This document shows, in pieces, positions 10,210 through 20,600 of a stretch of DNA of 43,387 nucleotides. The position numbers and the translations under genes were made by a program. The stretch's first letter is position 1. Every line of letters begins with the position of its first letter. The notes under the pieces are model-generated. The model did not search any database and had not been told where the DNA came from. It was given only the letters and a program-made list of their open reading frames with translations. Origin of the DNA: Leidyana gryllorum EB-2025a (lineage: Eukaryota > Protista > Apicomplexa); assembly GCA_048772705.1 (NCBI GenBank), contig JBLWGC010000196.1, positions 1 to 43,387 of the forward strand, read 5' to 3'.

Positions 10210-10282
10210 TACAGCCACCGAGGATCGAACTCGGGACCTTCTGCGTGTTAAGCTGACGTCGTGACCACTAGACCATGGCTGC
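10210..10282 (-). tRNA. tRNA-Val-AAC: tRNA-Val(AAC)
   Basis: Val body, one stem lesion. Confidence 0.75.
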
Positions 10283-10345
10283 AGCGAAGGTCCCGTAGAC
10301 CAAGAGAAGTGGCGAGGTTTCACGGATAAGTGGAGACCAGTTTCG

Positions 10346-10417
10346 AGGTCGCGCCGGGAATCGAAGCTAGGTCGCGAGATTTAGAGTCTCCAGTGCTAAC
10401 CACTACACCAAGTAACC
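10346..10417 (-). pseudogene. Gln body with CTA (amber-reading) anticodon, stems damaged
   Basis: GGAGA-CT-CTA-AA-TCTC; G53C, acceptor mismatches. Confidence 0.8.
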
Positions 10418-10826
10418 GATTTAGTCCTTCCCAAAAAAGAGTTGATAGAGCCATCCGGACTAGCCCTCCTCAACTGGGCACATGCAACACACATCTCTCT
10501 ACTGCCCTTTGAAATAATGTAACTGACTCTTGTATCTTAGTCGGCAGAGTGAGTGTGTCATTGTAACATACAAACTCGGAAATCCGGGCTCTGAGGCAAC
10601 CTTCGCACATACTGCGATGCCCAGGTCTGTCCAATCGTTACAGGGCACAGTTATCTCAGCTCGGGAAATAAATAGCGGCAGGTGCAGCCGTTGGAAGTTT
10701 GGACGACCTGGGCATCGATCCCAGTACCTCTCGCATGCTAAGCGAGCGCTCTACCATTTGAGCTAGCCGCTGACATATTATGACCAGTCTCCCGACTCTA
10801 CCAGCAATTTGCACCACCGACCAGTC

Positions 10827-10898
10827 GGCTGTTTGGTCTAGTGGTATGATCCTTCCTTAGGGTGGAAGGAGTCCTGGGTTCGATTCCCAGAACAGCCC
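10827..10898 (+). tRNA. tRNA-Pro-AGG: tRNA-Pro(AGG)
   Basis: Intact. Confidence 0.93.
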
Positions 10899-11034
10899 TC
10901 TTGGTCGTCGGTTGACCCGACGGGACAAGTTGCCCTCACAACCAGCACAGCCACCTCGCTAGCTCACTTCGGCACTCAAGGCTATTAACATCTCAAGAAT
11001 CGCATTTCGGCTCCCTCTTCCTTGTTGCAGACTG

Positions 11035-11106
11035 AGCAGTGTAGCTCAGTGGAAGAGTGTTGGGCTCATAACCCTAAGGTTCGTCGATCGAAACGACGCA
11101 CTGCTA
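11035..11106 (+). tRNA. tRNA-iMet-CAT: Initiator tRNA-Met(CAT), variant
   Basis: iMet body with two substitutions. Confidence 0.8.
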
Positions 11107-11489
11107 AGTGTGCGCAGGAGGGAAACAGTTATAGAATTGATTGGGTCGTGAGCAAAGCCTTCTGCCGAAATCGAACCGGCGACCCCGAACGCTCTGCCCC
11201 TAAGCTAAAAAGGCACTCCCTGTCTCGATCCATATGAGGGTTTGATGCTGGGAATAGCATCATTTCCACCACAGAATTCAACTGGGCCTGGGCCGCGCTG
11301 GTGCAGATCCAGCAGTTGTCGTGCGATGTGATTGGAGGGGTCAGACACCGACTTACGCATGAATTCCAATCTACCCCCCTTCCCCACTCGGGCAAGTTGG
11401 CTACTGTCGATTTCGCCATGCGGCGAGGAGTGGCCCCACATACCGCCGCGGTAAGTGCTTATTTTCATCGCCTTCCGTGACTACCTACC

Positions 11490-11562
11490 GCCTCGGTAGC
11501 TCAGTTGGGAGAGCGCCAGACTGAAGATCTGGAAGTCCCGTGTTCGATCCACGGCCGAGGCA
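11490..11562 (+). tRNA. tRNA-Phe-GAA: tRNA-Phe(GAA)
   Basis: GCCTCGGTAGCTCAGTTGGGAGAGCGCCAGACT-GAA-GATCTGG, intact. Confidence 0.95.
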
Positions 11563-12001
11563 GAGACGTTGTGACATTTGGTGTCACTATCTCAAGTGTC
11601 CTCAGCGGTTTGCACGACCGACAGGCGGCTGTTTGGTCTAGTGGTATGATTCTTCTTTCGGGTGGAAAAAGGCCTGTGTTCGATTCCCAGAAGAGCCCGT
11701 CTGATAGTTGTTGACTGAATGCCACGTCTCTACAAGGTCGGCTACCATACGCGGCTCACACTCGTATAATCCCGGATGAAGTCCAGACCAGCTGAGACAA
11801 AATCTGAGTTGCAGCAGTTGTGAGGGGCTGGAACTGCTCCGAGACCGGGAATCGACCCTGGTCGTCCGCGTAATAGGCGGAAATACCAAGCGCTATACTA
11901 TCTCGGACGCTCTGGATACGTCGGCCTGCAACCCCAGAAGTTCTTCCATTTTGAGATTCCACGGATAGAAAACGCGTGGAGCGGCGAGCCAACAACATTT
12001 C

Positions 12002-12080
12002 GGCAAGATGGCCGAGTGGTCCAAGGCGCTGTGTTCAGACCGCAGTCGAAAGCGCGTGGATTCGAATCCCACTCTTGTCA
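12002..12080 (+). tRNA. tRNA-Leu-CAG: tRNA-Leu(CAG), variant
   Basis: CTGTGTT-CAG-ACCGCAG; G53A. Confidence 0.72.
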
Positions 12081-12256
12081 GCCGTTGTATTGGCACTCGG
12101 TGAGCTACTAGGATCCATATCCAGATCGTCCAGTCTTGCCAGAACTTGAGTCTGGCACCTCGGACGACCCGCTAAATCTGCGGCGTAGTTGAGAGCTTGA
12201 AGTGTCACTGTCGAGGTTCTGAGGTTGAGCCTGCGAACCTCGACGCCGTTGGCCGG

Positions 12257-12336
12257 CCGGGGGTAGCTCAGTTGGTAGAGCATCTGACTGTAGGACTGGC
12301 ATCAGATAGTCGGCGGTTCGATTCCGTCCCACCGGA
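12257..12336 (+). tRNA. tRNA-Tyr-GTA: tRNA-Tyr(GTA) with 7-nt intron GACTGGC
   Basis: TCTGA-CT-GTA-G[GACTGGC]A-TCAGA. Confidence 0.88.
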
Positions 12337-12729
12337 AGTAGACAGATGGTTTGAAAACTACTACTCAACCTATGTGCCAACTGGATTTAATCTGGCGATG
12401 ATTCCATGCATATAGTTTGGATGGGCTAGGGACCGATCCAAGTACCTTTTGTACGCCAAGCGACCGCTTAACCATCTGAGCTGGCCGCCCGCCGTGCCTA
12501 CCCCATACCATTGACTAACACTTTACATATGAGCAGTCTCTTGACTGTACAAAGCGGGTTCAAACACCGACCAGGCGGCTGTTTGGTGTAGTGGTATAAT
12601 TTTTCCTTCGGGTACAAGAAGTCCTGGGTTCGATTCCCAGAACAGTCCCGTTGCTTGTCGGTTGACCTGACGCTCCACCTCATCTCAAGATGGTACGGCT
12701 CTCGTCCGAAACCTCAGCTCAGGAGCTTG

Positions 12730-12802
12730 TCCACTGTAGTCTGAGTGGCTAGGATATGCGGCTCTCACCCGCATGATCCGGGTTCAAGTTCCGGCAGTGG
12801 AA
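12730..12802 (+). tRNA. tRNA-Glu-CTC: tRNA-Glu(CTC), variant
   Basis: GCGGCT-CTC-ACCCGC. Confidence 0.75.
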
Positions 12803-13133
12803 GTCATTGAAGTACTCGATCAAAGTGCTCCACTAATCTCCGTCAGTAGCCATCGTTTCGTTGTCTCCAACTTACATTGCCTTCGAAGCTTAGGGGCAGA
12901 GCGTTCGCTTCCTAAACGAGAAGGCGCCGGCTCGATTCCGGCAGAAGGCTTTGATGCATCGATAGGCTTATAAAGAATGGCTGTCCACCAGGTACAAGAG
13001 TCAACAGAATCGTGTTCTGCATCTGTGGTCTAGTGGAAGAGTCTCTCGCTGCCATCAAGATAGCCCGTGTGCGATTCCCGACAGATGCAAAACGATAGCA
13101 TGATGAGTTTGTCGGCGATTGCGATTCCGACCC

Positions 13134-13206
13134 TGGGAGTGGAGAGGATCGAACTCTCGACTTCAGGATTATGAGACCTACGCGCTACCGACTGCGCTAC
13201 ACTCCC
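13134..13206 (-). tRNA. tRNA-Met-CAT: Elongator tRNA-Met(CAT)
   Basis: GGGAGTGTAGCGCAGTCGGTAGCGCGTAGGTCT-CAT-AATCCTG. Confidence 0.95.
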
Positions 13207-13614
13207 CCCGACTGTCTCCGAAGAATCACCCGAACCCAGAACCATGCTGCCAGGCAGGTTGGGTCAAGATACAACAAAGCGGGCTGTTCTGGGAATCGAA
13301 CCCAGCACTCAATCCACCCTAAGGAAGGATATACCACTAGACCAAACAGCTGACTGGTCGGTGGTGCAATCCGCGGGTAGAGTCGAGAGAGTGGTCATGC
13401 TATGTTGGCAACCGATAAATGCGATGGGGACTGCACGTCGGGCGACTGGCTCAGATGGTAAAGCGCTCGCTTAGCATGCGAAAGGTATGGGATCGATGTC
13501 CAGGGCGTCCAAACTTCGTACGGCTGCACCTGCCGCTATGTATTTACCGAGTTGAGAGCCTTTGATTGTGCCTTGTAGCCCTTGGATAGACTTTGGCATC
13601 GCAATACGGTCTAG

Positions 13615-13686
13615 GGTGCCTGAGACCGCCGACCTGCGACTTAGTATTTAACAATCACACGCTTTGCCCACTGCGCTACAAGAGCC
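13615..13686 (-). pseudogene. Decayed tRNA-Asn(GTT)-like relic
   Basis: GCTCTTGTAGCGCAGTGGGCAAAGCGTGTGATT-GTT-AAATAC..GTCGCAGGTC. Confidence 0.55.
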
Positions 13687-13784
13687 AGTTGAATATTTTG
13701 GAGGTTAGTAGAAAAACCCGTTTTGCATGTGTGGGGAAGCTCTAGTCCGGATGGCTCTATCAACTCTTTGAGAAGGGCTAAATC

Positions 13785-13856
13785 GGTTGCGTGGTGTAGT
13801 GGTTAGCACTGGAGACTTTGAATCTCCCGACCTGGGTTCGATTCCCGGCGCGACCT
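13785..13856 (+). tRNA. tRNA-Gln-TTG: tRNA-Gln(TTG)
   Basis: GGTTGCGTGGTGTAGTGGTTAGCACTGGAGACT-TTG-AATCTCC, intact. Confidence 0.95.
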
Positions 13857-13919
13857 TGAAACTAGTCCTCACTACTTCGTGAAACCTCCCCACTTGCTTT
13901 GGTCTGCGGGACCTGCCGT

Positions 13920-13992
13920 GCAGCCATGGTCTAGTGGTTACGACGTCTGCTTCACACGCAGAAGGTCCCGAGTTCGATCCTCGGTGGCTGTA
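13920..13992 (+). tRNA. tRNA-Val-CAC: tRNA-Val(CAC)
   Basis: CTGCTT-CAC-ACGCAG, intact. Confidence 0.93.
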
Positions 13993-14206
13993 GCTCGCAA
14001 CTTTCAGCGAGAACCAAAGGAGAGAATCTTAGAGCGAAACCACCTGCGCTCCGAGACCGGGAATCGAACCCGGGTCTTCCGAGTGTCAGGCGGAAATACT
14101 AACCACTAGACTATCTCGGCCGCTCTAAATACGCCGGCCTCCAACTCCAAAAGTCTTTCCATTTTGTTATCTCAACTGTACTCAGCGGGTTGCACGACCG
14201 ACAGGC

Positions 14207-14278
14207 GGCTGTTTGGTCTAGTGGTATGATTCTTCCTTCGGGTGGAAGAAGTCCTGGGTTCGATTCCCAGAACAGCCC
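14207..14278 (+). tRNA. tRNA-Pro-CGG: tRNA-Pro(CGG)
   Basis: Intact. Confidence 0.93.
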
Positions 14279-14353
14279 CGTTGCTTGTCGGTTGACCTGA
14301 CGCTCATCTCAAGATGGTCGGGCTTTCGTCCAAAGCTGCAGCTGAGGAAGTTG

Positions 14354-14426
14354 TCCACTGTAGTCTAAGTGGCTAGGATATGCGGCTCTCACCCGCACGA
14401 TCCGGGTTCAAGTCCCGGCAGTGGAA
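14354..14426 (+). tRNA. tRNA-Glu-CTC: tRNA-Glu(CTC)
   Basis: Intact. Confidence 0.93.
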
Positions 14427-14486
14427 ATCCAGCAGAGTGTGCTTGTAGGCAACGGTTCCACTCCTACTCCCAGAGACATTGATTTG

Positions 14487-14559
14487 CACCGCCCGCGGGG
14501 CTCGAACCCGCGACTGCAAGATTAAAAGTCTTGCGCTCTACCGACTGAGCTAGGGCGGC
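14487..14559 (-). tRNA. tRNA-Lys-TTT: tRNA-Lys(TTT)
   Basis: Intact. Confidence 0.94.
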
Positions 14560-15053
14560 AAGAAAGCTCTAAACTTAGTTACACCCTATTTGCCGGTGGG
14601 TGGAGCAGTGAAAGTATTAAGTGTGGAACAATGTGCTTCAGTAACTTCCGTCAATAGGGACTCATTCGTGATGTCCAGTTAACATTGCCTTCTTAGCTTG
14701 GGGCAGAGCATTCGCTTAGTAAGTGAAAGGTCGCCGGTTCGATTCGGGCAGAAGGCTCGACTGCATCGACTGGGCACCTGCAAGCTGCTCGCAAACTCCA
14801 CCATCCCGGATGAAGTCCAAACCAGCTGAGGCAAAATCTGAGATGCAGCAGTTGTGAGGGCTGGAACTGCTCCAAGACCGGGAATCGAACCCGGGTCTTC
14901 CGCGTGACAGGCGGAATACTGACCACTATACTATCTCGGACGCTAGTAAACACGCCGGCCTCCAACCCCAGAAGTCCTCGCATTTTGAGCGGGCAGTGGC
15001 CCCACATACGGCCGCGGTAGGTGCTCATCTTCACCGCCTTCCGTGAACCTACC

Positions 15054-15126
15054 GTCTCGGTAGCTCAGTTGGGAGAGCGCCAGACTGAAGATCTGGAAGT
15101 CCCGTGTTCGATCCACGGCCGAGGCA
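15054..15126 (+). tRNA. tRNA-Phe-GAA: tRNA-Phe(GAA)
   Basis: One C2T change (T:G pair). Confidence 0.9.
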
Positions 15127-15823
15127 GAGAGGTTGTGATATTTGGTGTCATCCCTCACAGCCGTGCGACTCCAGCTTGCCAGCAGCGTTCCGCAGATTCT
15201 CAACAGGCAATCGTCCACTCATCAAGCAGGGCATGCAATAGCTCTTCTAAGTTGGAGACCGCTAGCTCAAAGGGTAGAGTGCTCATTGACATGCCAGATG
15301 AGATCGATAGACAGGTTGTCCAACTTGCATACGGCTGCACCTGCGGGAACTCAGTCCGCGTTACGACCTCAGCACGGTCGCATTTTGCCGTCAGACCACA
15401 AGTGCAGTCGAAAGATCGACAGAGGCTGTAGCACTCACAGAGACACGAGGAGAGTGTTGGGCTCATGACCCAAAGTTCCGTCGATCGAAACGACGCACTG
15501 GTGAGCGCCCGCAGGGGGACACACTTATAGAAATGATTCACAGGCGTCTTTTCTTCGAGAGCTCCCCGACCTGGTATCGACCCCCGCACATTTGGCCTGC
15601 AAAGTCACCTCTCTGGCACTTGGGATAGCCGACTATCCGCTAAACCCAAGCGAACTTTTCCAGCCTCGGTTCCTCAACAGTGGCACTTCGAGCCCTCAAG
15701 CTCAACACTGCGGCACAGATCGCGGTGGCCTGCGGTGCCAAACTTGAGTTTGGATGGCGCAAGTCTGCATGGCTGCGAATGGCAGCCACTCTTCTCGATT
15801 CCACGGTTGAGCGGGACCACGAG

Positions 15824-15896
15824 AACGGTGGGCGGGACTCGAACCCACAACCTTTGCCTCCGGAGGGCAACACGCTATCCATTGCGCCACCACCGC
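15824..15896 (-). tRNA. tRNA-Arg-CCG: tRNA-Arg(CCG)
   Basis: GCGGTGGTGGCGCAATGGATAGCGTGTTGCC-CT-CCG-GA-GGCAA. Confidence 0.88.
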
Positions 15897-16356
15897 ACAA
15901 CCCACAGCCTCACTGTCTTAAACACCTGAGTCGTCAGTATCGCCTGGCCCCACTCGTTCGAATCTAGCAGCTGTCGAGTGACGTGGTAGGCGGAGTTCGA
16001 AAGACTCGTTATCGTATCTGAGACAGGGGATGCGTGTATCAACTCTCCTAGACCCTCGTCAGCGGCTAGCAAAAAGGCTGTTTTAGGAATCGAACCCAGG
16101 ACTCCTTCCACCCCCTAAGGAAGGATCATACCACTAGGCCGAACAGCCGAATGTTAGGGGGATCCACGATGTAATGGCCAATTCCGCCCTGGAATGAGTA
16201 CCGTTGCACAGAATGGGATTCGCACCCATGCAGACTTGCGCCTACCAGAATGTGGCAAGATGCCCTAGTGGGCAAGGCGCTGTGTTCAGACCCCACTCAC
16301 GTGGTCGGCACTGGCTACCCGCAGGAACCCCAGACTACTTATTTCGATGCTGCATT

Positions 16357-16437
16357 GCGAGAATGCCCGAGAGGTTAAGGGGGTGGCCTTAAGATCCACT
16401 GGTTAATTCCGCGTGGGTTCGAACCCCACTTCTCGCA
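16357..16437 (+). tRNA. tRNA-Leu-TAA: tRNA-Leu(TAA)
   Basis: Leu-TAA body, T-arm intact. Confidence 0.82.
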
Positions 16438-16483
16438 TAAGGAGGCAAGTGTCGGAGGGGGAATCGGATGACAATGCAACGGT

Positions 16484-16563
16484 TGACAAGAGTGGGATTC
16501 GAACCCACGCCCTTTCGACCTGCGGCCTTAACACAGCGCCTTAGACCACTCGGCCATCATGCC
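16484..16563 (-). tRNA. tRNA-Leu-AAG: tRNA-Leu(AAG)
   Basis: Leu body with two substitutions. Confidence 0.8.
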
Positions 16564-16703
16564 GGAGTGTTCTTGGCTCGCCACTTGACACGTTTTCTTT
16601 TCGTGAAGTGTCGAGAAGGGAGGACCCGGGTACGATTCCCGGTCTTGGAGACACTTAGTTTTTCCGCTTCAGATTTCGTGGTGCTCACCTGAAAGTTGCG
16701 AGC

Positions 16704-16776
16704 TACAGCCACCGAGGATCGAACTCGGGACCTTCTGCGTGTGAAGCAGACGTCGTGACCACTAGACCATGGCTGC
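16704..16776 (-). tRNA. tRNA-Val-CAC: tRNA-Val(CAC)
   Basis: Near-intact. Confidence 0.9.
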
Positions 16777-16839
16777 AGCGAAGGTCCCGCAGACCACGAG
16801 AAGTGGCGAGGCTTCACGGAAAAGTGAAGACCAGTTTCG

Positions 16840-16911
16840 AGGTCGCGCCGGGAATCGAAGCTAGGTCGGGAGATTTAGATTCTCCAGTGCTAACCACTAC
16901 ACCACGTAACC
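16840..16911 (-). pseudogene. Gln body with CTA (amber-reading) anticodon
   Basis: GGAGA-AT-CTA-AA-TCTCC; G53C. Confidence 0.8.
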
Positions 16912-17205
16912 GATTCAGTCCTTCCCGAAAAAAGTTGGTAGAGCCATCCGGACTAGCGCTCCTCAACTGGACACATGCAGCACGCGTCTCTTACTGACCC
17001 GCGACTCTCTACTGACCTTTGAAATATTGTAATCGGCTCTTGTGTCTTAGTCGGCAGAGTGTGTGTTTGTAAAATACAAACTCGGAAATCCGGGCTCAGA
17101 GGCAACCTTCACACATACTGCGATGCCCAGGTCTGTCCAAGGGCTACAAGGCACAATTATCTCAGCTCGGGAAATAAATAGCGGCAGGTGAAGCCGTACG
17201 AAGTT

Positions 17206-17278
17206 TGGACGACCTGGGCATCGATCCCAGTACCTCTCGCATGCTAAGCGAGCGCTCTACCATTTGAGCTAGTCGCCC
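17206..17278 (-). tRNA. tRNA-Ala-AGC: tRNA-Ala(AGC)
   Basis: Intact. Confidence 0.95.
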
Positions 17279-17365
17279 GTTGTGCAGATTCCGTCGATTT
17301 TTTTGTTCTCAACATCGTATGACCACTCTCTCGACTGTACTCAGCGGGTTGCTCGACCGACAGCC

Positions 17366-17437
17366 GGCTGTTTGGCCTAGTGGTATGATTCTTCCTTCGG
17401 GTGGAAGAAGTCCTGGGTTCGATTCCCAGAACAGCCC
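17366..17437 (+). tRNA. tRNA-Pro-CGG: tRNA-Pro(CGG)
   Basis: One D-stem change. Confidence 0.85.
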
Positions 17438-17658
17438 CGTTGGTTGTCGGTTGACCCGACGCTCTATCTCATCCCAAGATGGTACGGCTCTCGGCCGAAG
17501 CCCCAACTCAACCACTCGTCCACTGTAGTCTAAGTGGCTAGGTTATGCGGCTCTCACCCGTACATCCGGGTTCAAGACCCGGCAGTGGAAGCTACTCGAG
17601 CAAAGTGGTCCAGTAATCTCCGTCAATAGAGACTGTTTCGTGATCTTCGGCTTGCATT

Positions 17659-17730
17659 GCCTTCTTAGCTTAGGGGCAGAGCATTCGCTTAGTAAGCGAA
17701 AGGTCGCCGGTTCGATTCCGGCAGAAGGCT
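17659..17730 (+). tRNA. tRNA-Thr-AGT: tRNA-Thr(AGT)
   Basis: TCGCTT-AGT-AAGCGA, intact. Confidence 0.92.
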
Positions 17731-17822
17731 CGACTGCATCGACTAGGCACCTGCAAGCGGTAAGTCTCTTAGCCACGAAGCCGCAGGTTTGGAACCTGCC
17801 GGTACCTGAGGCACCCACAGGG

Positions 17823-17894
17823 GGCTGTTTGGTCTAGTGGTATGATTCTTCCTTCGGGTGGAAGAAGTCCTGGGTTCGACTCCCAGAACAGCCC
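17823..17894 (+). tRNA. tRNA-Pro-CGG: tRNA-Pro(CGG)
   Basis: Near-intact. Confidence 0.9.
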
Positions 17895-18008
17895 GTCTGA
17901 TAGTTGTTGACGCAACAAGGCACTCGGCCCATCCCGAGACAATGTCCCTGACAGCTAAGACAGGATCTGAGTTGTTGACTCAACAGGCTACAACCCGACC
18001 ATTCGCCC

Positions 18009-18081
18009 AGACGCTACTGGGACTCGAACCCAAAATCCCCGGTTCCGTAGACCGATGCCATATCCATTAGGCCATAGCGCC
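18009..18081 (-). tRNA. tRNA-Arg-ACG: tRNA-Arg(ACG)
   Basis: GGCGCTATGGCCTAATGGATATGGCATCGGTCT-ACG-GAACCG. Confidence 0.88.
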
Positions 18082-18366
18082 GACTAACGGAGCCGTGACT
18101 AACGGAGCCGTCAAATGGAAGTGTGTAGCGATCGAGAGAGGACATGGGCAGCTACGCCCGATCGTGGGTTTGGACAGGCTTAACCTACATCTCCCATTCG
18201 AGACATCGGTGGACATACTATCCAAGCCAGCATTCGGGCCTGGGTATGCACGGCCACAACTTGCTGTTGTAAGCACCAGACGACCCGGACGATCTTCAAG
18301 TGAGGCTGGTGGGTACCAAAGCCACTTAAGATGTCGGGCTATCGGGTTTTTTGTCCTTGCATTCCT

Positions 18367-18439
18367 GCCGCCCTAGCTCAGTCGGTAGAGCGCAAGACTC
18401 TTAATCTTGCAGTCGCGGGTTCGAGCCCCGCGGGCGGTG
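18367..18439 (+). tRNA. tRNA-Lys-CTT: tRNA-Lys(CTT)
   Basis: CAAGA-CT-CTT-AA-TCTTG, intact. Confidence 0.94.
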
Positions 18440-18499
18440 TGCATCTGTTTCCCTGGGAGTAAGAATGGAACTGTTGCCTACAAGCACACTCAGCTGGAT

Positions 18500-18572
18500 T
18501 TCCACTGCCGGGACGTGAACCCGGATCGTGCGGGTGAGAGCCGCATATCCTAGCCACTTAGACTACAGTGGA
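18500..18572 (-). tRNA. tRNA-Glu-CTC: tRNA-Glu(CTC), T-loop variant
   Basis: Glu body, A58C. Confidence 0.75.
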
Positions 18573-18790
18573 CGAGTCACAACAGTTGCACTGACGAATG
18601 AGGCGCCAGAGAACTGTGAGTCGGTCTCAGATTGAAAGTTCACCTAGGTTTGGCGGGTGGGCGGCTATCTCAAGTGGTAGAGCGGTGACTTGGCAGGCGA
18701 GAGGTCAGTTTAGACACCTATCAATGCCGCAGGAGAGGCTGAACATGGGGGCATTTGGTCACTCCTCGCGGCATGCCGAATTCGACGGTT

Positions 18791-18871
18791 GGCAACTTGC
18801 CCGAGTGGTTAAGGGGGTAGACTCGAAATCTACTGGGTCTGGCCGCGCTGGTTCGAATCCAGCAGCTGTCG
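18791..18871 (+). tRNA. tRNA-Ser-CGA: tRNA-Ser(CGA)
   Basis: Ser body with minor lesions. Confidence 0.8.
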
Positions 18872-19285
18872 TTCGATGTGATTGGAGGGGCAGACAACAA
18901 CTCAAGCCTGAAACCCCAGAATGGTGCCTGAATCAACCATCTGCCATCTTCTCTGCATCTGTGGGAATCGAACCTGGGTCGTCTAGGCGGCAACGACACA
19001 GTCTACCACTAAACCACAAATGCGTGGCACCTCCATTCCTGAATACAGAACGAAGGGTCTTAACTACTCCAGGCTGTCCAACTTAGGCCGGTACATATGA
19101 ACCAGGCTCATCGGATACGCGTTTCCAGAGACACACGCCCGTTCGGCAGTCCGGAAGCTCCGTGCAGCCATCTAGCGGTCACGACGTCTGCTTAAAACGC
19201 AGAAGGTCCGGAGTTCAATCCTCGGTGGCTGTAACACACATCGTTCAGGCAAGCATCACGGAATCTAGAGCGGAAGACGATCTAT

Positions 19286-19357
19286 CTCCGAGACCGGGAA
19301 TCGAACCCGGGTCTTCCGCGTGACAGGCGGAAATACTAACCACTATACTATCTCGGA
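19286..19357 (-). tRNA. tRNA-Asp-GTC: tRNA-Asp(GTC)
   Basis: Intact. Confidence 0.95.
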
Positions 19358-19548
19358 CGCTCTGAACACGCCGGCCTCCAATCCCAGAAGTCTTTCTATT
19401 TTGGCTCACGGACAAAAAACGCGTGGAGCGATGAACCAACAACACTGTGGCAAGATGGCCGAGTTGTCTAAGGCGCTGTGCTCAGACCGCAGTCCGAAAT
19501 GGCGAGGATCTGGGGTTGAGCCTTTTTAACCCCGGAGCGGTTGGACGG

Positions 19549-19628
19549 CCGGGGGTAGCTCAGTTGGTAGAGCATCTGACTGTAGTGCTGGCATCAGATA
19601 GTCGGCGGTTCGATTCCGTCCCACCGGA
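19549..19628 (+). tRNA. tRNA-Tyr-GTA: tRNA-Tyr(GTA) with 7-nt intron
   Basis: 80 nt = 73 + intron TGCTGGC. Confidence 0.9.
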
Positions 19629-19713
19629 AGTAGAGGGGCAAAGTACTACTCAACCTGAAGCTGGGAGCAGAAATTGCCCGAGTCTCTCGGGGTGCTGCAG
19701 ATCTTTCGCAATT

Positions 19714-19784
19714 GCACTTGTGGTCTAAGGGTAAGATGCGACCCTTCCAAGGTCGTAACCCGGGTTCGAGTCCCGGCAGGTGCA
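19714..19784 (+). tRNA. tRNA-Gly-TCC: tRNA-Gly(TCC)
   Basis: Identical to the 9773 copy. Confidence 0.92.
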
Positions 19785-19853
19785 GCTGTATGTAGGTCGA
19801 ACGACCTGTATATCAATGAAATGAGGGACTGAGTGCCAATACAATACAACGGC

Positions 19854-19933
19854 TGACAAGAGTGGGATTCGAGCCCACGCCCTTTCGGACTGCGGGCTGA
19901 ACACAGCGCCTTAGACCACTCGGCCATCTTGCC
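19854..19933 (-). tRNA. tRNA-Leu-CAG: tRNA-Leu(CAG), variant
   Basis: Leu body, T54C. Confidence 0.72.
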
Positions 19934-20291
19934 GGAGCGTTCGCCACTTTACAGGTTTTCTGTCCGTGAAGTTCTCGAGAAGGAAGACTTTTAGGGTTGA
20001 AGACGCGGAAGACGCGGGTTCGATGCCCTGTTTTGGAGAGAGCCTGTTTCCTCGCTTTGGTGGGACTCACTTCAAAGATTCGAGCTACAGCCACTTGGGA
20101 TCGAACTCGGATGATGCATCGATAAGCTTATGAGGAATGGCTGTCACCACGTACAAGATTCACCAAATCGTGTTCTGCATCTGTGGTCTAGTGGAAGAGT
20201 CGCTCGCTGCCATCGAGATAACCCGTGTGCGATTCCTGACAGATGCAGAATGATAGCATGATGAGTTTGTCGGCGGTTTCGATTCTGACCG

Positions 20292-20364
20292 TGGGAGTGG
20301 AGAGGATCGAACTCTCGACTTCAGGATTATCAGACCTACGCGCTACCGACTGCGCTACACTCCC
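20292..20364 (-). tRNA. eMet body with GAT anticodon
   Basis: Identical to eMet except C34G. Confidence 0.85.
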
Positions 20365-20600
20365 CCTCCGACTCTCTCCGAGGAATCACCTGAACCCAGA
20401 ACCATGGTGCCAGGCAGGTTGGGAAAAGATACAACAAAGCGGGCTGTCTTAAGAATGGAACCTAGGACTTCTTCCACCCGACGGAAGTATCATACCACTA
20501 CACCAAACAGCCGCCTGTCGTTCGTGCAACCCGCTGAAGACAGTTTAAAAAGTGGTCATCCTATGTTGAGAACCAACAAATGCGATGGGGTCTGCACCAC

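Noticed and set aside
18082-18111. 15-bp tandem duplication (also a ~30-bp imperfect duplication at 38720-38780)
   Set aside because: These are local slippage or unequal-exchange events present in single copies, with no sign of function.
19396-19410. Dinoflagellate spliced-leader relic (CTATTTTGGCTCACG versus CCATTTTGGCTCAAG)
   Set aside because: It aligns with the ordinary Leu-Asp spacer (CCATTTTGAGATTCC in other copies); there is no SL 5' part or Sm site.
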